A stretch of DNA of 63,308 bases, filler included, from Reticulomyxa filosa (Eukaryota > Protista > Foraminifera), in assembly GCA_000512085.1 (NCBI GenBank). It is 8 parts of 8 records of this genome, joined end to end, with 100 filler letters (N's around TTAATTAATTAA, not from the genome) between each part and the next. Parts side by side here need not be neighbours in the genome. Positions count along the whole stretch, not along the records: positions 1 to 20,914 come from ASPP01014697.1; positions 21,015 to 25,410 come from ASPP01020404.1; 6 more parts are not named here. One strand, written 5' to 3'. Shown one piece after another: positions 12,122-25,510 of this stretch. A model generated the notes under the pieces. It was not told the origin of the DNA and ran no database searches. It worked only from the letters and a program-made list of their open reading frames with translations. How positions within the stretch are numbered: position 1 is the stretch's first letter; each line of letters begins with the position of its first letter. The position numbers were made by a program, and so were the translations under genes.

Positions 12122-15100
12122 ATGAAAAGTTTTCGTTTGAAAGTGAAGAGCCCATTTTTGGGTATGTCAACGCGACAAATGAAAGAACTAGTAGGAGTGA
12201 TTCGAGAGAACGTGGACGTAACAGTACATAAGCAATTTTTGAAATCCTATGGAAATACATTTGTGGGTAGTGAATGTGTGTCATGGATGGTGGAAGGAGG
12301 GATAGTCGGAACACGTGAAGGAGCAATAGAATTGGGGAACCGTTTGTTGGAAGTGCGATTGATTATGCACGTGAAAGGGAACGAAATTTTCAAAGACGAC
12401 AAAGACTTGTATTACCTGATCGACCCTGTTGCTGGAACTGATTTAGCACCTGTAAGAAGCAAGCCCAATTTTCACCTTATTGCCAACACATATAAAATAC
12501 GAACAATACGTTTCTACGTTTGATTGGGTGTCTTTGGATCAAAAAAAAAAATGTAATAAGAAAGTATACAAAAAAAAAAAAGTTCAAGTGGACGTAGAAA
12601 GGGCAATCGCGTTCATTGAGATGCGACGAGAATTTCCAAGAACAGATGGAGATATTCGACAACTATTGAAAGAGCTGGGCAGCAAAGGACTGGAGCCACC
12701 AGAAATTAGCCGAGCTCTATGTTTACTTCGACATAACAAAGGCAACAACAATAGCAACGAAAATAATAGAAAATCACATCAATATCAATTATCACAAGCT
12801 ACGACCATGAGCATTGTTAATAATAATAATAATTTTTTTGTAATGTGCTTACATTAGGTGACCTCTTTTTTTTAAAAATTTTTGTGTATTCAACCCAGTT
12901 GGTGTTGTTGAGTCATTGCCAGTGTGATAATAATGATGGTGATGTGAGGGCATGAAAATAGACAACTCCAGAAGTGTTGATGATATCAGGCACTGACAAC
13001 ACGAAATCCAGAAAGACAACTGCATATCACGAGATCGACAGTGATAACGACAATGGCAAAGAGAAGATGAAACGTGAGCAAAAGAAAAAGACAATAGACA
13101 TGGAAGAAAGACCGAATTCGGGTGAATTGGACAATGTGGGCCATATGAAAAACAACTCAGGTTTGACTGAGATAACGCGGAGAACAACCCTGACGATGAC
13201 GTCGAATTCGAAGACAAAGAGAAAGTCGATTGGCAACAACAAAGAGGACAAAGACCAAAAGTGGGTGGAAATGCGCCAAAAGATAAACGAGATCTTGAAA
13301 ACGGCCTTCAAGCAGGCGGACACTAACAACAGCAACGACCTGGACGCAACCGAGTTTGGGACGTTGCTTTCCAACCTGGGCATCCATGTCAGTGAAAAAG
13401 GGGCCCTGTTGTTGTTCCAAGAGATCGCAGACCGCCATCAAAAAACTTGTCTGGGTTTTTTTGAATTCAAGCAGGCATTTTCTGTCCCAAATCCGAGTTA
13501 CTTTGTTCAGACTCCAAATGACATCCATCCGATCATTATTTTGCGAAAACACGTCAAGCAATACTATCAAGTTTTTTTTTTACAAACATAAAAAAATCTT
13601 TTATTTTATCTTGGTTTTGAAAATGTTGAACTTTCGGAATAATGTAAAAACAACAATAATAAGAATGTGACGAAAGATTTTCAGAACAAACGGAATAAAA
13701 TATTGGACACGAGCTGGAACTTGTTTTCATCATATGGCAAGTCGATGAATGCAAGGGAGTTCAGAAAAGGGGTGGAATGGCTGGGCGTGGACTTGGACGA
13801 TGAGGAAATAGACTTTGTGTTCCATCAAATGAATGTGTCCCAATCAGGCGTGCTGACTTGGAGAGAGTTTAAAAATGATATCAAGCGTGACGTATCGATC
13901 CCATTGTCCAGCGTTGTCAATGTTCGAGCCATTGTCATTCGCGCCTTTCAAAGGCATTTGCAAGCGTTTCACGGCCCGTCGTTTTCTATTTCCCCGCGTA
14001 TTCGTCGTCCGACCACCGTGTCGCAATCGGGCAATCGTCATGTCGCTATGAGTCCTTCCTTGGCATTTTCGATTGATGTCACTACCAATAACAATAACAA
14101 TAATAATAACAATAATAATAACAATAATAATAACAATAACAATAATAAGTCATTTAACCATATAACCCAGCTCACACAAGCAAAGGAAGCTGATATGCAA
14201 AGCCAAGGAAAACCCAAAGTCAAAACAGATATGACATCTGCATTTGGCAATGCCCTTTCCGAATTCGCTGATTTGCAAGACGAAGTCCTCAGTGACGCCG
14301 CAACTGATAAAACGCGTGCCAACACAGTCGCTAGTCACACCCTTGCCGACGAAGAGAAGCATGACAGATTGCAACTCTCGCAACAGCATATGCTGCAATC
14401 CAACAGGTAACGCCTCACTTTGGTAAGGAAAAGGGGGGGGGGAGATGGATTCGTTGATTCATTATTGTGTTATATACATATGTAATTACGTATACATGTT
14501 GTGCAAACAAAAATTGATTCGTATTTGGTAAAGTAAAACAGTAATCAGATTCGTTTGTTGGGTTGTTTGAGTGTTCCCGCCTCAGGATACATGCGTAGTA
14601 TGCAGTCTGCGACGACAAGCGAGTTTCCCAATCGACTGAGTGACCAGGTATCGTCGTCGTCACTCACTATGCATCAAGTCCACTCACAAGTGAAAATAAT
14701 CCAACCTCACAAGCAAGAAGAGGAAATGGGAGAAGAAGAAGAAGAAGAAAAACAAGAAGAGGAAAAAAATAAGAAGCAGGAAGCAAATGAAGAGCAAGAG
14801 CAAGAGCAAGAAGAAGAAGACAGAAAATCCAATTCTCAAACGAGATCACGGTCACGATCGGCAACAGATTCTCCTCCTCCTCCGAGCGAATTGGATTACA
14901 TGCCATCGCCTTGGGAGGTGTTGGAACAAGCAAAAAAAGACCCTTTGGAATTGACGGACGACAACATTGACATGGATGATGTGTTAGACCAAGAAGAACA
15001 GAGACATGATGACGTTCTTTACGGCGATGACGATAACAATCACAATTACAACGAGTCGCAATGGACCACAATTGAACATCAATTGTCAATGGAGAGCATT

Positions 15101-17126
15101 CCCGTCGTCACGGTCACATTGCACGATGCAGCAATTGACGAGAAGGCAAAAGACAGCGAAATCGATCGCCAAAATGTATTGCGTCCTTCTCTCTCTAGAA
15201 AGTGCAGTAGCAAGGTCAGAAGCAATCGAGACAACAAGGAAGCGAGACTGTCAGCGGAGAATCAGCACGCAGCTTTGGAAAGCAAGGATACGACCTTCTT
15301 TGATCCGCATGCAAGTGATCAAAACAATCACAATGATAATGTTGATAGCAATGACAATGACAATGACAAGGAAAGGGAGAAACAAATAGATAAAGCAAAG
15401 CACAAGGAGAACACAAAGAAAGTGGTTCAATTGGAGATTACCGAAGACATTGCGACGATGACAATTGTCCCAAAATCACGTGGTATACTTGTATCAAATG
15501 ATAAGAACAACAGCACGGATATGAATGCACCACCTCCTCCTTCTCCTCCTCTTCCATCCAATGCAAAGGCATTGGAAATAAGTGAAAATATGACATCAAC
15601 GACGATGACAACAGCCACAACAAACGCGACAACCACAACAACTACAGCGACAAGAAGAACAACTGTTGCAAGACATCACGAACAGATTGTGAAAGATATT
15701 ATCCACGCAAATTCGAACGTAAATGGCAATCAGCCAATGAGTGTCGTCGAAAAACAAGAAAAAAAGGAAAAGGAAAAGGAAAAAGAAAGAATGAACAATA
15801 GATCGAGTGAGCCGTCGTCTCCGTTGCCATCACCGATGTCAACATCGATAGAATTCGATCAATTGCCTTCGATACCGGGAGTGTTTACATTGAAGAAATG
15901 CATTTGCCATGATCTGCCAAAGAAGGCATTTGGCACCGAACAGTATTATTTGCGTGTGTACGAAGGGATGCCCATTGCCTCCGAGTCCCAAAAGAAATCT
16001 CACAATGGCACAATGTCCATCAATCCGCCATTGAGTCGTGTCTCTTCCATTCGAAGTGGAGACGGCACGCCACAAATCAAGCCGCGATTATCCAATGACA
16101 GCGTCTCTGGCAGAGCGTTGCCTGCCTTTCCAGTCATTAGATCATATCCGCTGTTTTGCGATGATAACGAGTCCAATATTGAATGGTCCAACCTGCCGAG
16201 CAGCACTTGCAAGGATGTGAAGCAATTGAGACTGTCCATTTATGTCAAACGTGAACTCGAAATTGTCTTGGTCGCCCAAGCCAAACTGTTTCGCTCACTC
16301 GAAGATGTCCTCCCTCCTCCACGACAGGGAATGAAGACTGTCGTATTACGGCTCTTTGAGTTGCAATGCGAACCTGCTTGGGTCGATTGGAATGGTCGTT
16401 CGCGCGTGCAGTGCACGTACTCATTTGTTGCCAGGCAATTCGCGGTTGACTCGGTCGTTTTGTGCAGCTATAAGCTGCCGCAGTATCCTTTTGTGATTCC
16501 TGCCATCATCCAGATGATGAAGTTGCACATTTTACAAGATATTCAGGCGTTTGATGAACTTACTCATCCCATTGACCTGTCCGAAGCTGACGTGCATAGT
16601 AAGGTCGAGGAGCTAATCACAAGTTTGAATAATGGACACTACAAATTCACTGGTATTCCTATTGCTATTATTTGGCATACACTACTGCGATGGTTTGCGT
16701 CTTTGCCAAAACCTATTCTTCATTCCACGTCCATCAGTTGGAATGATATTGAATCGTCAGTCGATCAAAATGTTTTGTTGACTTTGTTTTTTTCTCTTTG
16801 CACTTTTTTGTTCGAAGATAACACTACATGTGTAAATGCTTTTTTAAAAAAATGACATGTAGGATGAATTTGTTGCAACAATCGTGCTGTCTATGAAAGA
16901 GCCTTATAGCTCATTGCTATTGTGGGTCTTAGACTTTTGCATTGAAATGCATCAATGGCTCGCAAATGACACCACTCAAACTTTAGAAAAAATTCTTAGT
17001 GCATTTGAAGATGCTCTGTTTGGTATTCGCAAAAAGAATTATCAGTCCAAAAAACCCAATAATTCGCTATTATTCGTGCAGAGAATTGCAATGCTGAGAA
17101 AAAATGGAGCTATCAAAATTCAGTAA
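12122..17126 (+). CDS. Large multi-exon signalling protein: DEP, Pex14_N-like, EF-hands, low-complexity region, C2-like, RhoGAP-like (5' end uncertain)
   Basis: DEP: YGNTFVGSECVSWMVE...REGAIELGNRLLE...FKDDKDLYY. EF loops: DTNNSNDLDATEF and NVSQSGVLTWREF. RhoGAP-like: IPAIIQMM...LLRWFASLPKPIL...YSSLLLWVLDF. Exons link by GT-AG introns. Confidence 0.7.
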
Positions 17127-17802
17127 ATCCCAACAACTGTTAGCTATTTGAAGTATTTATATTTCTCGTGTACATTCGTGTATTATTACGCACAGCGTAT
17201 GCTGTAAAGAATATTTTTTTCCGATGATACCAACTAATATACTATTTTCTTCAAAGATGTTTTTTTAAATCAGGTCATTTCTAAATTGTAATAAGGAAAC
17301 TTTTTTTGATGTAATCTTCAACTTGAATTTTCAAAATACAGACAATTACACCTTTAAATAGTTTGAAACAATTGTTAAAACAGATATTTGTTCTCATTGT
17401 CCCGAAACAAGAACACACGTACTGTACTATTGATATTGCCTGAAATGTCTGCAAGCATTTGTCTTTTCTGCAGTTTTTTCTTTTTTGAAAATTTTAATAA
17501 TTGTTGTTAAAAATGTTAAAAGTTTTAGTTTTTCTTGTCATCCGTTTCAAATACCTGCTTAAGATACACTACCAACAAAATTGTATTTTTCCAAAAATTG
17601 CTTCCTTTTACGTTTGGTGTCCATATTTGAACATTTTGTCAAATTGTAATTTGGTGTGATTATTTCCCTTAATTGCATTTTTATTGTAAAATAGGCACAA
17701 CATTAATTAGAAAGTGATTTCAAGGATTAAAGCTTTCCAAAGTTTAAACGGCCTTTATAAAGAAAGTTGAGAGATAAAGAAAAAAAAAATCAAAATAAAA
17801 TG

Positions 17803-18413
17803 TTAGTTACCAATTTTCTCCATAAGCTTAATTGTGGACAAAATATTAGTTTTATTTGTTTCAACAATATGGCCATTCATAACCATTTCTTCCAAAATGA
17901 AATGTGCTTTTTCGATGTTGAACATTATATCCAGTTCACAGACGTTTTCAAAATATTTATCCAATGTCTCGACCATTGTATGAATAAACTCTAAAATTGA
18001 CAATTCATTCTCTTTCCCGCTGTTGTCCACGCCTACCACAAAAAACAAGGATGCATAGCGACGGTAAACTGCTTTGTAATTACGATACTCAATAAATGAG
18101 CACTGTTTTTGATATTTTCCAAATAATTGTTAAAGTTTATTTTTGTACTTTTTTTAATGTATTTAGAACAAACACAGTTGAAAAATGCTTTGTTGTCCTT
18201 CATTTTTTTACATATTCGTCTTTTTCCCTCTTCACGTATAATTTTTGGCGCTGTTTCGCAAAAGTACAAAACTTGGTGTTCTCCTCGGGCCAGACATTTA
18301 CGCACCACTTCTGCTTCCATTGATTCACGCTCCTTAACAGTGAAATGTTCAAAATACTGACACAAACGAGTTTGTCCTTGCTTGTTCACCATCAAAATGA
18401 ATTTAATAGGCAT
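17803..18413 (-). CDS. AP4S1: Adaptor protein complex AP-4 sigma subunit (2 exons, intron 18272..18103)
   Basis: [17 protein letters not shown]...KCLARGEHQ|[26 protein letters not shown]...ELSILEFIH...[15 protein letters not shown]. Confidence 0.92.
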
Positions 18414-19011
18414 TATTATCAAGTTTTGGACAGAATAAAGTGCACAAATTGACAAATGATACAAAAAATTTCCTCAAATATTTTTTTTCCCCTTTCTTCC
18501 ACAAGTTTTTTTTTTAGAATGATGAACCCATTTAAAATAATTTTTGTTAAAAAGCAAACTCAAAAACTAAAAAAGGTAAAAATTTTTATTATATTTTAAT
18601 ATTTAAATTAACTTAAAAAAAAAGATATAACGCCGTGTGGCGTTCTGTCGAACTTTTAGGTACAATGGGTTTGACCCGCCAAATGAATTGATGAGCTACT
18701 TCCCCAACGATAACAGAGAACCTCCGAAAAAATGCGAAAATGATGTCCCAATGCAAGATGTAGTTTTGAAGTCAGCCCTCAAACATCGTGGAAGTTAAAT
18801 ACATGAAGTTCAACATGGAGCCCTTTTCAAACAGTTGTAACTCTTCCTATAACCATTGCCCTGCATTTGCCTGTATTTGAGGACGGGACGAAGAAGGGGA
18901 AAAAAAAAAAAAAGTAAAAAAATAAAACCAAAAAAAAAAAAGTAAAACCAAGGGCGAAAACGCGTATCATTTGACACACAAAGCAAACAAGATGACGGCG
19001 ACACAGCAAAA

Positions 19012-19159
19012 ATGTACAACCGAGAAAATATGCTTGGCAATTCAGTTTGGAAAACGCAATTCAAGACATTGGAGGAAGATAGCAAAGAATGGTACGAGTT
19101 TATGGAGAATGAGGAAGAATCAGGGGGTTTAGATAATGATAATAATAATAATAATGATA

Positions 19160-19190
<31 letters not shown>

Positions 19191-19892
19191 TGAAAATACA
19201 AATGAGAGTGAAATGAACAAACGCAATAAATGCTTTTCGTCATTATCAAAAGAGGCGATGATCTCTAAAGTTGCCAATGGCGAGTGCAATGACCACCCAA
19301 GCAACTCACTTTCGGATGAGCGTTGTCAAAGGAAAAGTGGTCGAGGAGATATCGATCGCAAGAAAGATCGTGATCGAGATTTGTCCCGTCAAAAGGATCG
19401 ATTCTTTCATTATGATGAAGACAAAGAAAGGGACAGAGACAGAAATAGAGGTAGAGATAAAGATAAAGATAAGAGTTGCAATTGGGATTGGGACAAAACT
19501 AAGGCAAGTGATATCAATGCAAATCGATATGAAAACAAGTCAACTCGTTCTTCTTTGAAATTTACTTCTTTTGGTAATCTCTTCTTTCTTTCTGTTTATT
19601 TTTCTCTTTTTGTTCTTGAGCGTAAGGATGGTGATTGGAATGGGACAGACAATTTTGGGGACAGACATACGCATTGGAGTGGTATCTCGGATAATGACTA
19701 CGCCGGGTCAAAGCTATTCCATCACACACCATCTTCTCTTCCTAACAAACATATATTACTCCAATCTGACCACAAACTCGGACAGCATGCGCAGGAATCG
19801 AAAGCCTTGTTCACGTCCTTCAACAAACAGAATACACTGACTATCTCACAAGACCCATCGCCCGTGCTAAGAATACAAGTCATTTCCTTTTT

Positions 19893-19923
<31 letters not shown>

Positions 19924-20269
19924 AATTCAGATTTTGCAAAACACAAACAAACAAATAATAATAATAATAATAATAATAATAAACAACACTCAGAATATGG
20001 CAGATAAAAATTGTGTCGATTCAAATTTGAAAACAGAAACAGTTGTGGAGTGTAGTAAATTTGGCTTAGTGTTGGAATGCATGGTCTTTAAATCCGAAAA
20101 ACAAGACGTAAAACCAGAACATGCTGTTTCTGTATTTGTAAAGTTTGACAGCGTTCGCTCTGCTTCCGTTGCAGTTCAAGTCTTTGATGGTAGAACTTTT
20201 GACGGAAGGGTTGTATCTGCTTCATTTTTTCCTTTGAAGAGATACCAAGAACGAGATTTCGATGTTTGA
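19012..20269 (+). CDS. SPF45/RBM17-like splicing factor with a C-terminal UHM (RRM) and an RD-rich region; true start probably further upstream
   Basis: PSPVLRIQ|NMADKNCVDSNLKTETVVECSKFGLV...VFVKFDSVRSASVAVQVFDGRTFDGRVVSASFF matches the UHM consensus. Confidence 0.75.
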
Positions 20270-20914
20270 ACACTAAACAAGGGAACAAACAATGGACTTT
20301 GAGAGGCCCCATTTCCTATTGTTCACAACATGCAAGCAAAAATTGTCGGAACACACTTTAAAAAATCTTTTTTATCTCTTTCAGCAAAGGCAACATGAAA
20401 TTGTTTGTGACAAACCATTATGTCAAACGCTGCACTGATTATAATTTGTTTTTACATTTACTGGCCTTAGACAATTTTCTAAATCAATTTTGCTCTTGTT
20501 TGTGAGTAACTCCAACAAATGTAATACGAAAAGTTTTGTTCCTTTGAGTAAATTAAATAATAAGAACAGCAAAAACGCAAGATACTAAGTGAAAAGATTT
20601 GATAGAAAAACAATTACGAATAAATCAGTATTTGAACAAATATTATGAACGTGAACATAGCAATTTTTTAGATAAAAAGTGCGAGTTTCCTTTGTATGCC
20701 GAACGATTAAAATTTTACTACTGAGGCAATAAATTGGAATAAAAGAATATGATTTTTCTCAAATACTACGAATGATACAATGCTAATCTTTTTTTTAAAA
20801 AGTATCTACGTGACTTGGAGATTCCTAAAATGAAAACAAAAAGATTTAAAAATTTCTTATTTTCAATACAGGTTCAATTTATGTGAAGTCCTTCGAAATT
20901 TTTAAAAATCATTT

Positions 20915-21014
20915 NNNNNNNNNNNNNNNNNNNNNNNNNNNNNNNNNNNNNNNNNNNNTTAATTAATTAANNNNNNNNNNNNNNNNNNNNNNNNNNNNNN
21001 NNNNNNNNNNNNNN
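20915..21014. other. Artificial contig spacer (six-frame stop linker)
   Basis: 44N-TTAATTAATTAA-44N. Confidence 0.99.
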
Positions 21015-21022
21015 AATATATA

Positions 21023-21054
<32 letters not shown>

Positions 21055-21086
21055 TATATATTTATTTATTTATCTTCTCTCATCAA

Positions 21087-22014
21087 TTAACAACTAACCA
21101 TGTTTTCAATCGGCTTGAAACAGTCCACGGCAAACGTCATAATCAAATGCCACAGCTCATTTGGCAAACGACACTCTCCTTGCAAAGTGGCAATGGACTG
21201 CGTCGTTGCAATGGTGGAGCCGACAAACGACAGCACCGATGGATCAAAATGATGCGCGTTGGCAACGCTCCACGGGACGTTGTAAGTGGTGGCCATCGAA
21301 ATGATATCGTGAAACTTTCCATCGCCAAATTCAAAGTTAAACTTTTGGTACACTCCTGCAATACATTGCAAATCTCTTTCCGATGACTCTTTTTTTGACC
21401 TTTTTTTTTTGGATTTTCCATTGCTACTTGTTTGTCTTGATCCTCCAGATCTCTCTGATGGCGATGACACTTCTTTCGGGGTTGCCTTGGTTTCTCCATA
21501 CTTTGTTGCCAATTCGTCCATTGAAAATTGTCCTTGTGGAGAACCTGGACATGACAATGGTCCATCACCGTATGGTGTATACACAACCCATTCTAATGAC
21601 TCGTCACTTATGTACAATACTCGGATCCGACAATGCTCAAAAGCACTTCGGATTTCCACAAAGTCCTCAAACGGCCATCTTTGTAATAATAATTCACGCA
21701 CTCGATATCCTACGTTCTCTAAAAATTCTTCTTCTATCTCGTGGCTTGCTTTTGGCGCAATCACAAATAATCCGTCACTGCGTTTTTTTTTTTTTTTTTG
21801 TGAAAAGAAAATTACTTTTATGTTCTTTGTTTGTTACTATGTATATTGATAATATTCTTGTTTCGCACTCTTGTCTCTTTTTTTTTGTAAGTATACTTGT
21901 TTTTATTGAATAGTGTGCGCACATCTTTGCGAATGAGAGCACCTAATGCTCCAAGCATTTTGGCTTTTTTGCGGGGTCTGCATCCCAAAAGAAAAAAACT
22001 ATAGCTGACGACAT
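21087..22014 (-). CDS. Hypothetical protein (2 exons) with a C-terminal F-box-like motif
   Basis: Exon 1 reads MSSAIVFFFWDADPAKK/AKMLGALG (indel at 21965-21970). The long exon 2 ends PWSVANAHHFDPSVLSFVGSTI...RLPNELWHLIMTF. Confidence 0.65.
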
Positions 22015-22482
22015 TTTTTCAATCAAATTTATTACTAATACTTGTTGTTAATTGGAGTCCAAACTTCAATGCTTTGAAATATCTTCAAAAAAAAAGCTTT
22101 CCTGAAGCCTCAACTTTAGTGTAATCCTAAAAAAATTTGAACTTTAAACAAAAATTACACGTTATCATATCATAAAATAGGATTTTTGACTTATAAGTCA
22201 TTTACAATTACATCTGGTGTTTTAATTTGCTTTAAACTGCTTTATGTATCCTATATTTTCTTAATTTTACCGTTTCCGTAATCTCCGGTAATCAGTTGAG
22301 TTATATTTACACTCACAATTGTTCAAGCGATTTTTATAATGCACAGCTATAATCAATTATAAATCTTTGTCAAAAATGCAATGTATTGATGTTACACTAA
22401 AGTTCAAAGAAACAGCTTGAACTTAAGCGAGTTACACTTTTTATGCCCTTGCCATTTTCAGTTCAAATCATTATTGAGAACA

Positions 22483-23412
22483 ATGTGTTCATCAAATAAC
22501 CATCGTTGGTTGAAGATTGTGGCTCGTTGGTCGTATTTTGTATTTTCTTTTCTGGCAATTTTGGGATCATTTGTTCATTTAAACATTCAGTTTGAAGACA
22601 CAAGTTGCACAGGAAGCGGAGGTTCCGGCTATAATTGTGTTGGAAGAAATTTGGCATGGCTAACCCGTAAAGAACTCAGTTTTGAAACAGAAAGATTAGA
22701 AAAGGTTTGTCTGTAAATTCTATTTACATAAATAACAGAAAAGGATATCAATGCAACGTACTGGCGTTCAGTATTTTCATTAGAACCAGAGATATTTGTG
22801 AACATTTGGACTCCTTTTGCCTTTGCATTTTTGGCTTTTTCTCAAAATTTCCATGGTTACAAATGGGACTTACTTACAGGCAGCTGGATGAAATGTTTAA
22901 TATTCATTTTATTTTGGAATATATTTGGAGTTATTGGTTATGCTGCAAACTGGGGAGTTGAGTTTTGTTTGTATGTATTACAGTGCACAGCATTAACAAA
23001 TCAAAAAAATGATTGCTTTATTGTTTTTATGAAAAATGTATTCCTGAAATAGGTTTTTGTTGGACTTTGGGGGATTTTATGGTTGGGTTTGTTGTATCTA
23101 TCACTAGCAATTTTGAAAATATTGAAAGGAGAAGAAAGTGAAGAACCTGTGCTACAATTAGAAGTCTCTTATTATTTGTATGTATGGTTTGGTATTGGTA
23201 AAATATCATTGCATCATGGAGAAAAAATAAAAGATAGCTTTGTTGCTACAAATGATCAGTCATCCTTTCACACTAGCAATTCTGATATTACACCCACGAC
23301 CACCTCCAATTATCAAAATATAAGTTATCAACAAGTCGCAGCAGAAAATGTTTCGCCTATTCAAAAGACTGGTGAACATGAATATGATCAGTTCACTGCT
23401 CCTGATCAATAG
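22483..23412 (+). CDS. Hypothetical multi-pass membrane protein (3 exons)
   Basis: Spliced frame: ...WSYFVFSFLAILGSFVHL...RLEK|DINATYWRSVFSLEPEIFVNIWTPFAFAFLAF...IFGVIGYAANWG...GLLYLSLAIL; about 4 hydrophobic segments. Confidence 0.6.
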
Positions 23413-24176
23413 CAAAGTTATAAAAGGACGCAACAAAAGTGAGAAGAGGGAAAAAATTCAAGCTGTGATTTTGTTTCACCCTATCTTGACTTGGAAACAA
23501 TCAATCCGCACTGTAGACTAATTTAAATACCTCTTAACAATGTTGCAAAGTTAGATCCGGAGGGTAATTTTTTAATTTTTTTTACGACAAGTATGTTTTT
23601 TAACACGGATTAAACATCAGTCTACTTCTTTTCTATTTCAATCAAAGTAATGAAAAATTCCACTGTTTTTTGAATGGAGACCGTACTTTTTTTTGGAATA
23701 GTTATAAAATCTTTGTAAATCTATCTACTACAATTTGATTTATAAGATCACCTTTCGCAAATAACTCAGCTACAAAAAAATTGCGTTAAAATTAGTTGTT
23801 CTTTGATGAAAAACAGGATCATAAAAACTTATTTAGCGAAATAGAAATTAGTCTTGAAACATTCAAAATTGTTTTTTTTTATCGTTTTGCTTAAAATGAA
23901 ATTAACAGTACGCTAAAAAGGAAAAGAACCAACATACGACTTGTCACAAAAAAGCTAGTTTTTTTATCAGTATCAACGGAGGGATAAAGACACATAGAAA
24001 ATACACAACAAAATACAATTGCACGCACAAAAAGCAGGACTTAATGTATTCTTTTTGAGACGTGCACGAACACACAGAAAAACAAACACACAAAACAAAT
24101 AAAACAAAAGACGATCAACACAGAAAATAGATATCATCCCTCTTCCTTAAACGCTCAGTCAGCTTCCCTAGTTTTT

Positions 24177-25410
24177 TTATTCGTTCATTGGAAGGACGGT
24201 TTCATGTTGAATCAACTTACTCCCGTTATTATCACTTCCGCTTGAATGTACAGTTGTGGTTTTGTCGCCAGAAGGGCAAGCGGAGATGCACTGCACTTGC
24301 ACTTGCATCGGCGTTTGCACTTGCATGTTTTTATGTTCTTGCTTATGCGCGTACTCGGCTTCTCTATCCATGTGTTTTCGGCGATAATGACCACGCAAGC
24401 TACCCGCATGCACAAATTTTTTATGGCAATACCGACATTGATAAGGCTGTTCTCGGGTATGAACTCGGACATGATTGTTCAATGTACTACGCTGTGTAAA
24501 GCAGTGACCACATATCCCGCAACGATAGGGTTTTTCACCTTTAGATTTTTTTGTTCAAAAGATCAATTTTGTTAAGAAGGCAGCCAAAAATTAAACATGA
24601 AAATTCATATTTAAAAGAAAAAAAAAAGTAAATACATAAAATAACGAACCTGTGTGAATCCGTTCATGTCGTGTAATATCTACCTTTCTTGCAAACTTCT
24701 TGCCACAAAACGAGCAAGCGTGTGGTTTTTCGCCTGTATGTATACGTTCATGGATCATCACGTCATACCGTTTGGTGAAACCTTTTTGACAAAATCGACA
24801 CGTATACGGCCGAGTGCCATTGTGACTACGCACATGAATCTTCAAGGCGGCATCACTAGAGCATCCTGAAATATACATACCCACATGACTTGATTGCTAG
24901 TATTTGTTCTTGTGTTTTCTTTGAAATAGAAAATATATATAAAGTATTTGAACATGCATGCAAAGGATTGCCCATCTTATTAATGCGTAGCAGATCTTGC
25001 TAACAAAAAAAAAAACAGTTTTTCGATCCTTATTTTATAAATATGGGCGTTTTTGTACAGATGTACCATTTTTCAACTAGTAAAAACTTAGTGTTCGTCA
25101 GGATTGTCAAAAAAAAAAAAAAGTATATCAAAAGCGAAAGGTGTGTCTGTTGCGAATTTGTACCTTTATGACACAGAGCACACCGAAACGGCCACATTTC
25201 AGTATGAATGTATTCGTGAGACTTCAAAGCTTGCAGTGTGCTTAATTTACGGCCACAATACTTACATATCACTCGTTTAGATTCGCTGTTCGATTTCAAA
25301 CACGCCGACGTGTCAGAAACAACGCGGCTGTCATTTGATGCCACTACCTGTTTTATTCCTTCTTGATTTTGATTTTGGTTTTGATTTTGGTTTTGATTTT
25401 GATTTTGATT
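24177..25410 (-). CDS. Multi-C2H2 zinc-finger protein, 5' end truncated by the spacer
   Basis: CKYCGRKLSTLQALKSHEYIHT, CRFCQKGFTKRYDVMIHERIHTGEKPHACSFCGKKF, CRYCHKKFVHAGSLRGHYRRKH; Asn-Gln repeat at 25360-25410. Confidence 0.9.
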
Positions 25411-25510
25411 NNNNNNNNNNNNNNNNNNNNNNNNNNNNNNNNNNNNNNNNNNNNTTAATTAATTAANNNNNNNNNNNNNNNNNNNNNNNNNNNNNNNNNN
25501 NNNNNNNNNN
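25411..25510. other. Artificial contig spacer
   Basis: 44N-TTAATTAATTAA-44N. Confidence 0.99.
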
